40,874 bases of DNA from a virus (taxonomy: Duplodnaviria > Caudoviricetes): the IMG/VR virus record IMGVR_UViG_3300024187_000014, positions 1-40,874 of that record, one strand, 5' to 3'. Within the stretch, counting starts at the first letter, position 1; every line of letters starts with the position of its first letter. The notes beneath the pieces are model-generated. The model worked only from the letters and a program-made list of their open reading frames with translations, made no database searches and was not told where the DNA came from. The translations under genes and the position numbers were made by a program. Below, piece after piece: positions 9,621-19,028 of the stretch.

Positions 9621-10256
9621 TTATCCTCCGAACTTCGTTAGCAGATCGATCAAACCCTTTGCGTCAGTCGGGGCGCCTTGATACAAGGTAAGCCCCCTAG
9701 AATCGACAATAAACATCGTCGGAAACGTCTTAGCTTTCGCAAACCATACAAGCAAGTCCGTAGGTGTCTTACCCGTCGCCGTGTCAATAACGTCCTTATC
9801 AACGTCGCGCCAAGTGTGCCCCTTCGACTTGATACGTGCCTGTAACTCTTTATTGCTCAATAGCGCCCCACGTTCTGCTCTAGCGTCCCCGGATTCGTAC
9901 ACAATGAGGATATGTAGCGGCTGTGTGATTGCCGCGGGAGTCGGTGTAGGTGCCGGGTTCGGACCCGGTATAGGCGCATCTTTACCCGGCGGACCTTGCG
10001 GACCTGGAATACCTTGCGGACCTTGCGGACCCGGAGGGCCGGGCGGACCTTGGCGCCCGATACCGTATCCGGTTCCCAGCTCCCGTTTCTTAAGCGCGTC
10101 CTCGAATGCCTTGATAACCGCTACTGCCTTATCGTACTCTGCAAAGCTAGGCTCCGCGGGTGGCGGAATCGGTTTCGGATCGTCCGCGCGGAGTACGAAC
10201 AAACCACCGACTAGCAACAGCGCGAACGGGATCGAAACTAGGATACTTCGTCTCAT
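9621..10256 (-). CDS. Exported protein with collagen-like Gly-X-Y repeats and a possible thioredoxin-like C-terminal domain
   Basis: Signal peptide; GRQGPPGPPGPQGPQGIPGPQGPPGKD; C-terminal FPTMFIVDSRG. Confidence 0.7.
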   Translation of the reverse strand: MRRSILVSIPFALLLVGGLFVLRADDPKPIPPPAEPSFAEYDKAVAVIKAFEDALKKRELGTGYGIGRQGPPGPPGPQGPQGIPGPQGPPGKDAPIPGPNPAPTPTPAAITQPLHILIVYESGDARAERGALLSNKELQARIKSKGHTWRDVDKDVIDTATGKTPTDLLVWFAKAKTFPTMFIVDSRGLTLYQGAPTDAKGLIDLLTKFGG

Positions 10257-10265
10257 TAATTGCCC

Positions 10266-10508
10266 CTATTGCTTACGTTTCGTTTCCGGTAGCTGAAGGT
10301 GTGAACCTCCGTAAGATGCAACCGCCGCAATGAACGCTCCACATACTGCCCATAGGATCGTCCGTACCCCGATATCGTTTGTTCCCGCGAGAATCGGCAG
10401 CATGGCACCACAGAATGCCGCAACAAACTGAATTGCGGTTTGCAAGAGCTGCTGCCAGCTCAGTGTCGGGGTATTATCGCCACTCGGCAACGGTTTTTCG
10501 TCCGCCAT
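10266..10508 (-). CDS. Small two-TM membrane protein (holin candidate)
   Basis: Two hydrophobic helices and a basic C-terminus; RBS lies in the motif at 10512. Confidence 0.6.
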   Translation of the reverse strand: MADEKPLPSGDNTPTLSWQQLLQTAIQFVAAFCGAMLPILAGTNDIGVRTILWAVCGAFIAAVASYGGSHLQLPETKRKQ

Positions 10509-10553
10509 TGATTACCTCAGTTAACTACCTAACGAAATACACCACTAACACGA

Positions 10554-10766
10554 TTAGCGCACAATTCTTTCCTGTACGACTACCGGGCGCGCATCAGAGA
10601 ACGGATTACCCCAAATGCCGAGCCCGCACAACGCAAGCAATACCCACAACAGAAACGAGAACCCGTAATATCGGCGTCCCGCGGACCCCGCGGCGAAACC
10701 AAAGTACCCACCGAAGAGTAGGGCGAAAATCATCAGTAGCCAAAACAAAATTCCAATAAATGACAT
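10554..10766 (-). CDS. Small two-TM membrane protein
   Basis: Two strongly hydrophobic segments. Confidence 0.65.
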   Translation of the reverse strand: MSFIGILFWLLMIFALLFGGYFGFAAGSAGRRYYGFSFLLWVLLALCGLGIWGNPFSDARPVVVQERIVR

Positions 10767-10769
10767 TGC

Positions 10770-11033
10770 CTACCTCGATTCCCTAGCATCCGCTCCGACT
10801 CCCCCGACGCGCTGGTGATTTGTGCGCGAGAAGTAGAAGCCAATTACAAGGAAGAACGCATTACTAAGTACCGTTGCTTCGATCTTAGTTGCCGCAGTAT
10901 AGATACACGCCAGTGTAATCGTAACTGCGATGATAGCTTGCGTTGTCTCCCAAATTACGTTGATCCGCCGTTGTCCCGCGGTTTTCCTATCTTCCTCCCG
11001 CGTGGTATCTGGCTTAACTGACTCAGTGTCCAC
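10770..11033 (-). CDS. Small two-TM membrane protein
   Basis: GQRRINVIWETTQAIIA...FFLVIGFYF; GTG start 6 nt after the motif at 11040. Confidence 0.65.
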   Translation of the reverse strand: MDTESVKPDTTREEDRKTAGQRRINVIWETTQAIIAVTITLACIYTAATKIEATVLSNAFFLVIGFYFSRTNHQRVGGVGADARESR

Positions 11034-11048
11034 ATGCAATTACCTGAG

Positions 11049-11183
11049 TTAAGCGGCACAATCGACAATCGCGTATTCAAAGGGTACGGAACCGGGTTGC
11101 GTGGGTATCACGCAATGCTGCCCCGTCGGGCAATTGTCCTCTGTGACGATCCACTGAAACCCGTTCCATTGAACCACGCACAT
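11049..11183 (-). CDS. 44-aa Cys-rich peptide (absent from the ORF track)
   Basis: MCVVQWNGFQWIVTEDNCPTGQHCVIPTQPGSVPFEYAIVDCAA; TGATG coupling, GGAG RBS, and stop codon inside the motif. Confidence 0.65.
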   Translation of the reverse strand: MCVVQWNGFQWIVTEDNCPTGQHCVIPTQPGSVPFEYAIVDCAA

Positions 11184-11641
11184 CAATTCATCTCCAATCG
11201 CATTTGAGCCAAGTTAGCTGGCGCGTCGGGATGATTGAACGAGATTGCCACGTCGAAAGCATGCAAGGCAGGTGCGTAATCTTTTTTACGCCAGTGCCAG
11301 ATTGCAAGCCAAAAATGCGCTTCGGCCTTAGCTTCGACCGTGCCAAGTATCAGGAGCTTTTTCCAATCTTCCTTGAATTCGGGAGCGTCACCTAACAGTA
11401 CGTCGCACTGAACTACACCCGTAAGCGCTGGCATCTTATCGGTATCGAGTTCCGCCGATTTACGAAAAGCGTCCCGCGCCGCCGTTAGCTTCCCTTGTCC
11501 CTGCGCAATCAATGCTCTACCTTCAAGATACTTTGCGTTCATTCTCGATTCTCTATGTGTTAACCGTCCTATGGCGAACGATGTTAGCAGTGATGTAACC
11601 AGTACCCCCGACCACAGCATAAATCGGGCTTGATACTTCAT
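11183..11641 (-). CDS. Membrane-anchored TPR-like protein
   Basis: N-terminal TM; TPR-like A..A...A/P patterns (AHFWLA...YAPALHAFDVAISFNHPDA). Confidence 0.65.
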   Translation of the reverse strand: MKYQARFMLWSGVLVTSLLTSFAIGRLTHRESRMNAKYLEGRALIAQGQGKLTAARDAFRKSAELDTDKMPALTGVVQCDVLLGDAPEFKEDWKKLLILGTVEAKAEAHFWLAIWHWRKKDYAPALHAFDVAISFNHPDAPANLAQMRLEMN

Positions 11642-11865
11642 CGGTGCCCCTTTAGCTCCGCTAATTCGCGCCGGGTTTCCTCAAGCTCTTTCTCTTTATA
11701 TTCTAACTCTTTTTTAAGTAACGCAATCTCCAAGCTGTTCCTTGTCTCCGCCAGCTTAACCCGCGCGTTGACGGTTAACTGCCATATGTTCCCGATTAGG
11801 GAGATTACCGAAGCTACTACTACTGTCCACGTTAAAGCATCGGCCGTACCTTCGCCGAAAATCAT
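11638..11865 (-). CDS. Single-TM coiled-coil protein
   Basis: Hydrophobic N-terminus followed by a heptad K/E-rich tail. Confidence 0.65.
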   Translation of the reverse strand: MIFGEGTADALTWTVVVASVISLIGNIWQLTVNARVKLAETRNSLEIALLKKELEYKEKELEETRRELAELKGHR

Positions 11866-11873
11866 CGTACCCC

Positions 11874-13154
11874 CTAGCTTGGCACCGGGAGTAACCCCTC
11901 CACTAGCTCAGCGTGCGTGAATCGACGTATTTCCGTATATCGATCATGCACGCCACTTGACAAATACCAATTACCTGAGTTAAGGACCGCGCCACAAGTG
12001 AAAATCACATCCGCGTAGTTATCGAGGTTAGTTTGTGCGTCCGCGGATATCAAAGGTGATTTCAATATGCGAGTAGGGCGGAACGGAGGTTGCGCCTCGA
12101 ATGTGTAAAGCCACGTTCGGTAACACTGTTTCCGATTCTGGCCTAACACTCTGTCATGGAAAAACACCCAATACTCCGACCCTACTCGCACTGGCGGAGT
12201 GCTACCACGCATATCCCCACCAGTCCATCCATTGTACCATATTCCCGTATCAAAGTCAAGAGACGCGGAATTTTTTTCTATTTTTAGTACACGGTGCGGG
12301 TTGATCGAATACACCGCGTACAAGTTACCGTCATGGGAGAAAAAGCTCCAATTCTTTTCCCATAGGTTCCGATTCTTGTAATACGGATAAAATACCTCTG
12401 CGACTTCTAACTTGTCATTCAAACGAGCATATAACTGTGAGGTATGCCGTATTCGCGTACCGCCTACCACGCCGATAAACGCGACGTACAAGTCTCCGTT
12501 ATGCCAGAATAGCCGCGCATCTTCATGCCCGAAACTGGCCTCAGTATGTTCAAGGTTCAGCGGGCCGTAGGTTTTTCCTAATGTGAACTTACTAGTTACC
12601 TCAGTTAAGTATATTCGACTCCCCGCCCAGCCGTTGCGCCACGCGAGCAAGTATTCGTCGCCGTATTGCGTTAGCCCGGCGTTGAACCTCTTGCCGGTGA
12701 CGTTAGGCGCCAAGTTGTAATGATCGAAGTGCAACGGGAAATCAACTTCATAGCTTGCACACTCCGCGCAACGTTGAACGTGCAACGGGGGTAAATCGAG
12801 CTGACGGGCGCAATGTGTCTTACCGTCCGCGAGCGCTGTCTCATGGTTACAATGCCGAATGTGCCGGGTTTCTTCCTCGCGCGGGCACCATTGAACTATC
12901 GGACCCTCCCACGCGCACGGACGCTGCCGATAGTTAACGGGCAAGCTAATACGACGCCGTAGGGGGTTAACTGAGGTAACTACCCCCGCCCGTGCTTCCG
13001 CTAGATGCCGCTCCCGGTAAATACAGGAGTTACAGAATTGCGCATCAACTCCCACGGATCGAATATCCATGCGTGGGGATTCGCACATACGGCGCCCCGG
13101 ATGTTCGCGAATCGTAGGACCAGCTTTCGGGCAATCGGGAAATTCTGTTATCAT
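11874..13154 (-). CDS. Cys-rich N-terminus fused to a beta-propeller glycoside hydrolase-like domain (GH130/GH43 clan-like)
   Basis: FNAGL, EDARLF, EKNWSFF, RGSTPPV, VIFTCG and GVHD motifs; ATGA coupling at 13154. Confidence 0.65.
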   Translation of the reverse strand: MITEFPDCPKAGPTIREHPGRRMCESPRMDIRSVGVDAQFCNSCIYRERHLAEARAGVVTSVNPLRRRISLPVNYRQRPCAWEGPIVQWCPREEETRHIRHCNHETALADGKTHCARQLDLPPLHVQRCAECASYEVDFPLHFDHYNLAPNVTGKRFNAGLTQYGDEYLLAWRNGWAGSRIYLTEVTSKFTLGKTYGPLNLEHTEASFGHEDARLFWHNGDLYVAFIGVVGGTRIRHTSQLYARLNDKLEVAEVFYPYYKNRNLWEKNWSFFSHDGNLYAVYSINPHRVLKIEKNSASLDFDTGIWYNGWTGGDMRGSTPPVRVGSEYWVFFHDRVLGQNRKQCYRTWLYTFEAQPPFRPTRILKSPLISADAQTNLDNYADVIFTCGAVLNSGNWYLSSGVHDRYTEIRRFTHAELVEGLLPVPS

Positions 13155-14731
13155 ACCGCAGTTACCACTACGGGATCGGGCCACCCCGTACAAGCGGGGT
13201 TTGTCGTACCGAACAAATCCATAGAATTAGAACCGAACACGTTCCACGCGGAAAGTAGCCGTCGATACTGCGCGCCGCCGATATCGAGGATCATGTAAGG
13301 GTCAACGCAAGTCAGGGAGAATGTAGTCGGGTTCAATCCGGGGCAACCTAAATTCGATCCTGAAACGTCCTTTTGCCACGTATTGCTACCGGGCGCCGTA
13401 TGGTCAAGTACCCAAGTAGCATCATAATTAAGGCAGTTAAGACACGTTCCCGTAATCCCGGTAAGTGTAAACTGATATTGTGCGGGTACAGCGTCCCAAT
13501 GTCCGCATATCGAGCCGCTCCCGGATGTACTCCCGCCCGTGCAACCGCATTCCAGTAACGATACCTCATTACAATTGCCGGTGTACGTGTAAAATCGAAC
13601 CCCGCCACCAGAACAACATTCCGCAGTGTATACCCCCGCTTTTTTCTCCGGTACGTGAATATACGACGGTACGCAATCGAGCGCGCCAGACCCGCCTACG
13701 TGCGAATCTAGCATCATCTTATTAAAGTGCGCCGCGACTCGATTACCTGAGTTAAGCCCGCAACCGTTACCTGCGGCTACTATCACATCCTCGATTACAA
13801 CCCAGCCGCAAGCTACATCGTCCCAGCGCTGCGCAGTGCCGTAGTACCACGTTAAATTATCGGGTTCAAGGCTGAACGAATCCCCGCCGCTTCCGGAGGG
13901 GCACAACTTCCCGATTCGATCCCCGACTAAAATTGTCCGTGTCGGATATCCCATATCGTGGCAGTACAAGGGCGGGTTATCGCCGCACGATGGGGAACCG
14001 GGCGGGAGAATAACCGCTTGAAGGAATGCCGGCGCCGTGCCAATTCGATCCGCACGATACCTCATTCCCGTTTCGAGGCGCCTACCGATTTTCTCTATTA
14101 CCCACACACAGCTACCATCGACCCATTGTTCGCATAGAGGATCGAAAGTTTGAAGAATCCCGTAATGATAAATCGGCTTGCAAGGGTCACAGCTGCCCGA
14201 ACCAGAACAGTTACTACCGGATATCTCTTGATCCGTGACGTATCCGACGATACACACAAACGCATTCGCGGACGCGGGGTCGATGTCAGCATACCACCAG
14301 CTCCCTTCCCTGTCATCCTGCCGGTATATTTCTACTCTCGTTCCAACGGGTATTTGAGTATTATTCAACGTGCGGAGGTTTCGATACCCCATTTCAACCG
14401 CGATAAGTTCGCCGGACCCGCTAACGCTATCGTTCGCCGCGGCCGTGTCGCGGAGTATACCGCTAACCCTATCGTGCTCCACAACCCGCCATGAGTGATT
14501 GTAGAAATACCCGATAGGATTAGTCCCGGCGCCACCAGTGTATCGGTCGAAAATCAGTTCACGAATTACCTCAGTTACCTGTACCAGCTTCCGCGGGTAT
14601 TTCTCTTGAGAGACGGAGTGTCCCCACGCGCCACTCTGTAGACGTAGCTCCGGCGATACGTCAATCTGCCTCGATTGACGCTCCAGTGCCTCGATACGGG
14701 CTATCAGTTCTCTTTCCGTCCGTCCTACCAT
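13151..14731 (-). CDS. Cys/Gly-rich putative minor tail protein
   Basis: Position after the tail genes; many Cys and SGSG repeats. Confidence 0.6.
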   Translation of the reverse strand: MVGRTERELIARIEALERQSRQIDVSPELRLQSGAWGHSVSQEKYPRKLVQVTEVIRELIFDRYTGGAGTNPIGYFYNHSWRVVEHDRVSGILRDTAAANDSVSGSGELIAVEMGYRNLRTLNNTQIPVGTRVEIYRQDDREGSWWYADIDPASANAFVCIVGYVTDQEISGSNCSGSGSCDPCKPIYHYGILQTFDPLCEQWVDGSCVWVIEKIGRRLETGMRYRADRIGTAPAFLQAVILPPGSPSCGDNPPLYCHDMGYPTRTILVGDRIGKLCPSGSGGDSFSLEPDNLTWYYGTAQRWDDVACGWVVIEDVIVAAGNGCGLNSGNRVAAHFNKMMLDSHVGGSGALDCVPSYIHVPEKKAGVYTAECCSGGGVRFYTYTGNCNEVSLLECGCTGGSTSGSGSICGHWDAVPAQYQFTLTGITGTCLNCLNYDATWVLDHTAPGSNTWQKDVSGSNLGCPGLNPTTFSLTCVDPYMILDIGGAQYRRLLSAWNVFGSNSMDLFGTTNPACTGWPDPVVVTAV

Positions 14732-16032
14732 GTTTCCGCGTACTGGAACAGCCAAGAGAAATCGAACGACGAAAACAGCTGCGGGTTCGATGCAATCGCA
14801 GGGTTATTAGGGTTCATGGGCGCCTCGTTACCCGGAGGGCGCGTAGCATTCAAGTAATATTGCTGGCCCTTCGGCGCAAAGATGTTATGCCCGAAATGTG
14901 TTGCGCCAGTGTTACCCGGTACAGGATCGAAGTAGATAAACTTCATCACTACATCGTAGAGCCATGGGAAAAACATCGCCCGCGAGTTACCGCTGAAAAG
15001 ATATTGCCCATATTTGGCGCCGTACGGCTTCGATTTTAGCTCCGGCATTTCGCGGAGGAGTAGCGTCTCTTTTCGGCAATGGAGAAATTCTTGAGAGTTA
15101 ACTTTCCCTAACGCTCGGAGAAACATACGGGGTAAACCGTGAGCGTCTAAAATGAAGTCCGCGGGTACGTCGCGCCATTCGACGTACAAAACCCCCTTCG
15201 TCTCGTTCAGCTTGTGAGGTACGGGGAATGCCTGCCCTAAATACGTCACGTTTTGCGGGTTCGGGTTCGGGTTTTCGACAAACTGGAGCTGCCCACCCTC
15301 AAGCGTTAAAACGTCAAGGTACGGGTTAAATCGAATGATAGCGTTACGTGACCACTCCGCCCATACGTCGGCGTTCGCGCCGGCCGCTACTTGTCCATCC
15401 GGGAAATCCGGCAGTACATCAGGTGGGTAATATCCGCGAATGTGCGCGGGTACTGCAAGCGTCGATTGTGTTATCTCACTATCTTTCAGTACCGGGTATT
15501 CTACAGGTTCAAAGTCTACGGCGATTTCATAATACGGTTGCCGAAAGTAATTCGGGGATTCCGGGCGATAAGTCGAGTTAGTCGGCGCGGGCTTCAGCTT
15601 GCTATTGTAGCTCCCGCCGGATAGTGAAACCTCCCCACCCCCACCCCCACGAATCGAGGCAGTACGCGCGTAGTAGGCGTAACAGTCCTCATACTTGCTA
15701 TTGTCGGTACTGTATACCTGCCCGCGGTACGGGAACATGATCGGCTTATTACGTCGGAGTCGGTACGTATTCACTCCGGTTTTCGATATATCAACTCCAA
15801 CTACAGGTAGGATAAGCTGCAACGCCTGATGTAAGTTATCGAGCGTGATTTTATTGTTCGTCCCAGCATCCTCTGTGTACCCCATTTCCAGTTTCGTCGG
15901 GTCACAGCTCCCGTTAGTATCCGTACGCGCCTGAAACGACATGGTAGCAAAAGCGCGATCAACCCCCGCCGTCCACGTAAATTGCGGGTCGAACATTTCC
16001 ATTAACTGATTAACTGAGGTAATCGACCCCAT
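14725..16032 (-). CDS. Putative minor tail / distal tail protein
   Basis: Directly downstream of the tape-measure candidate; TAATG coupling. Confidence 0.55.
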   Translation of the reverse strand: MGSITSVNQLMEMFDPQFTWTAGVDRAFATMSFQARTDTNGSCDPTKLEMGYTEDAGTNNKITLDNLHQALQLILPVVGVDISKTGVNTYRLRRNKPIMFPYRGQVYSTDNSKYEDCYAYYARTASIRGGGGGEVSLSGGSYNSKLKPAPTNSTYRPESPNYFRQPYYEIAVDFEPVEYPVLKDSEITQSTLAVPAHIRGYYPPDVLPDFPDGQVAAGANADVWAEWSRNAIIRFNPYLDVLTLEGGQLQFVENPNPNPQNVTYLGQAFPVPHKLNETKGVLYVEWRDVPADFILDAHGLPRMFLRALGKVNSQEFLHCRKETLLLREMPELKSKPYGAKYGQYLFSGNSRAMFFPWLYDVVMKFIYFDPVPGNTGATHFGHNIFAPKGQQYYLNATRPPGNEAPMNPNNPAIASNPQLFSSFDFSWLFQYAETW

Positions 16033-17063
16033 TAGTTATTGCGCCTCTGATTAGAGGAGTGTTCATCCTGTATACGCTTGATTTGTTCGTTCATGTCCCC
16101 CATGAACTTAGTAAACTTGTCGAGATTAGATGTATTCTCCGCAATCTTGTTAATGTCGCGGGCCATACCTTTTTCGCGCTGGTCCTTATCGAACGCGGAG
16201 CTAATACCCTGCCCCATCGAAAAAGCGGACTCCCGTATTTTCTTTTCGTAGCTCTCTAAATCCATGTATGAGGCCGTGTACGTACCGGCACCTACGCTGC
16301 TACGCCGTGGAGTGTGCGCGGCGCGGTCTAGTACGTCGTTCGTGCGCTGTACTATGTCGCCCCACTGCGCAATAGTAGTGCCGATTGCCATTGCGGGGTC
16401 ACGGAAAATAAGCATGTTCTGAATTAGTCTGCGGACGGCTTCAATAGTGAATACGGTAGCACGGCCGAGACTTTGTACAACGTCTCGTAACGTGCCTACC
16501 CCTCCCGTAGTTTCGTCCAAACTGCTCGTTACATCGAATAAACTTCCTACTAGGTCCGCAGTAGAATCGACTACCGCGATAATGATAGTTTGCGCGTCAT
16601 CAAATACCGGCTTGAGGGAGTTAAACCCCGCTTCTATACGTTCAAACAACGTATAGAATCGAGGGGCAACCGTTGCAAGTGTGTCACCTACAAACCGCGC
16701 TGACGAATTGAAGATACGGAACACGGGTACTAACGTATTGCCGATTACCCCGCTAATGTCGTTCAGCGTGTTCTTATAGATGATTGCGCTAGGCGCATTA
16801 AATGAGCTAGGGAGGGAGGAGATAAGATCGAAAATAGATTTGATACCGCCAAGCGCCGCACCAATACCGGCGCCCGCGGGTCCGCCAAGTAACCCGCCCG
16901 CTATTGCGCCCCCTCCGACATTCGAGGCAAGATTAGCCCCGCCCCCGCTACCATGATTTCCGCTTGCCGCGGCAATCGTAGTAGTGAGCTTCATTAGCTC
17001 GCGTTCAAGCGTTCCCGTCGATGCGCCCGGAAACGTCTGTAACGGTCCTACCGTTGTCGGCAC
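16032..17063 (-). CDS. Putative short tape measure protein
   Basis: Follows tail tube and chaperone; Gly-zipper GGAIAGGLLGGPAGAGIGAALGG; amphipathic helices. Confidence 0.6.
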   Translation of the reverse strand: MPTTVGPLQTFPGASTGTLERELMKLTTTIAAASGNHGSGGGANLASNVGGGAIAGGLLGGPAGAGIGAALGGIKSIFDLISSLPSSFNAPSAIIYKNTLNDISGVIGNTLVPVFRIFNSSARFVGDTLATVAPRFYTLFERIEAGFNSLKPVFDDAQTIIIAVVDSTADLVGSLFDVTSSLDETTGGVGTLRDVVQSLGRATVFTIEAVRRLIQNMLIFRDPAMAIGTTIAQWGDIVQRTNDVLDRAAHTPRRSSVGAGTYTASYMDLESYEKKIRESAFSMGQGISSAFDKDQREKGMARDINKIAENTSNLDKFTKFMGDMNEQIKRIQDEHSSNQRRNN

Positions 17064-17737
17064 TACTTCACTAGCTCATGTTGACGGAGGAGGTTATCAA
17101 TCTTCGCCGACTCTTCCGCGCTGTACGGCTGGCGCTTCTCTTTCGCTTCCGCGTCCGGGTCCGTACGGCGCCTCGATTCATCGACTAACGCAATCTTTTG
17201 TTTATCCGTTAGCCAAGACACTTCCTCAATGCTCATACCTAACCCACCTTGATCCTCCGGGAGCGCGAATCGACCGTACACCCGCTCAAGCAATATCGAT
17301 TTATCCTTAGGCGTTACCTGAGTTAATTCGACTGACGATTCAACGTCAATGAGAGTCACGATAGCCGTTAGCTCCCGGCGCTTCTCGCGGCCCATAGCCT
17401 CGATATCGGAGGTTCGTAGCTCCGGGTGATTCTCCACTAGCAGCATTAGGACAAACCGATTGCGCCCCTCCGGAGTGCCCATAGCTTCTACGTACCTATC
17501 CGCGCCAAATCGAAATACACCGTTTTTAACATTGCGGATAAACCGCTCTTTCATTTCCAAGCGCTCGGCGCTTGTGATATATTCGTTAGTCTCGATTTCC
17601 TCAATTTCGCTTTGCTTGAGCCACGTTTCAAACCATGAGCGTTGCCTATCCGACATAAAGGAAAAGAGGTAATCTTTTCCCCGCCAGTTAAGCGTATACT
17701 TGAATCCGAAATTGCCTAGCGCTTGTGAGTAGTCCAT
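17063..17737 (-). CDS. Putative tail assembly chaperone
   Basis: Synteny between tail tube and tape measure; charged helical sequence; GMSIEEVSWLT motif. Confidence 0.55.
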   Translation of the reverse strand: MDYSQALGNFGFKYTLNWRGKDYLFSFMSDRQRSWFETWLKQSEIEEIETNEYITSAERLEMKERFIRNVKNGVFRFGADRYVEAMGTPEGRNRFVLMLLVENHPELRTSDIEAMGREKRRELTAIVTLIDVESSVELTQVTPKDKSILLERVYGRFALPEDQGGLGMSIEEVSWLTDKQKIALVDESRRRTDPDAEAKEKRQPYSAEESAKIDNLLRQHELVK

Positions 17738-17741
17738 AGGT

Positions 17742-18161
17742 TTACGTCGCCGGATAACGTGTCAGCGAACCTTGCAAATCGGCCGTAAATGCAAAGTCCG
17801 CACCTTCGATCATAGAATGGCCGATTTCTTCACTGGTAATCTTAAAACTTCCTAGATACCCGTCCGTCGTCCCGTTAATGCCCATGTAAATCGAAAGAGT
17901 AGCGCCGTACACGATTCCGTAGGCGCCGCCCGTAGAGGTAGCGTGGGGCGGGTTTGCAGTATCCCAACCGCCCTCGAACTTCCCGTATGTCGGGGTGACG
18001 TTAACCGCGGACATAGGATAAAGACAATAGTTATCGAGACGTTTCTTGTTCTCAGGTAGGAACAAGCGCCATCGAATCAAACTGAGGCAAACGCCGGAAA
18101 CTCCGCCAACTAGGAGCTTGCCGACGTATGATTCTACGAATACCGGAGTGGCGACAGCCAT
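17742..18161 (-). CDS. Putative tail tube protein
   Basis: 139 aa, beta-rich, C-terminal FAFTADLQGSL; synteny. Confidence 0.6.
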   Translation of the reverse strand: MAVATPVFVESYVGKLLVGGVSGVCLSLIRWRLFLPENKKRLDNYCLYPMSAVNVTPTYGKFEGGWDTANPPHATSTGGAYGIVYGATLSIYMGINGTTDGYLGSFKITSEEIGHSMIEGADFAFTADLQGSLTRYPAT

Positions 18162-18176
18162 TAGTAGTTACCTCAG

Positions 18177-18650
18177 TTAATATCCTTGCGGCGAATTTAC
18201 AATTGTGTGATACCACATTTCGTAGACCCACTCATACTCCACATTCTCGCCGCGTTTTACCTTATTACGGAACAAGCGCCGGTCATTCTCTAGCCAGCGA
18301 CTACCACCCGATACTTCCCCGCTCCGCAGCGTATATACCCGGCCCTCGAATTGCCCCGTAGGTGATGCCAGTAAGCCAATGATTGAATCGAGGGAATCGA
18401 GGGAGTTTGCATAGATCGTAAAGAGGAAAATGTACTCCCTCTTTAACGTCCGTACCCCTGATGCCGAATATCCCCGCGTATCGTGAATCGAGCCGTCAGG
18501 TAAGGAATACACAATCCGCGGCTTGGCGGTTCCCGGTGTATCGATTTCAAATTCAAACCCGCCCGTAGTCGCGGCAACTAACGCATTATCCGATGCAAAA
18601 GCGTCATCCTTAATTGCCCGGATAATCGAGTAGATGGGTTGACCTGGCAT
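18177..18650 (-). CDS. Putative tail terminator / completion protein
   Basis: Synteny; KPRIVY...FTIYA pattern. Confidence 0.55.
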   Translation of the reverse strand: MPGQPIYSIIRAIKDDAFASDNALVAATTGGFEFEIDTPGTAKPRIVYSLPDGSIHDTRGYSASGVRTLKREYIFLFTIYANSLDSLDSIIGLLASPTGQFEGRVYTLRSGEVSGGSRWLENDRRLFRNKVKRGENVEYEWVYEMWYHTIVNSPQGY

Positions 18651-19028
18651 TTAACCCGTCTCCCGCGATTCCTGGCACGTAATAACGTAGTACGGCTCAA
18701 TCATGCTATTCGGCGGGAATACTTCCTCAAATGCTAAAACCCGCGCGTACTTGTTCAGCGTTTGCCCGCCCATTGTGTTAATCTTGACTACCGCTTTCAT
18801 GTTCGGCGTTACCTGAGACATGAAAACCATAATCTCCCAAACTACTAATTCTCCCTCTTGCTGATTCTCCATATCGACCGCAGCATTCGATATTCCTACG
18901 TGCGCATCGCAACTTGTCCCCGTTCCAAGGCTCGCAATATCGAGCTTAGGTGCCCCCTGTATGTCGTCCGTGTACGACGGAGCTAGATACAGTACAACGG
19001 TATCCGCCATCATTCGAGCGTCAAGCAT
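18651..19028 (-). CDS. Putative head closure (stopper) protein
   Basis: Synteny; size; C-terminal YYVITCQE. Confidence 0.55.
   Translation of the reverse strand: MLDARMMADTVVLYLAPSYTDDIQGAPKLDIASLGTGTSCDAHVGISNAAVDMENQQEGELVVWEIMVFMSQVTPNMKAVVKINTMGGQTLNKYARVLAFEEVFPPNSMIEPYYVITCQESRETG

Noticed and set aside
17063-17737. Programmed frameshift in the tail assembly chaperone
   Set aside because: A single ORF fills the space up to the tape-measure candidate, and I found no convincing slippery site with a second frame.
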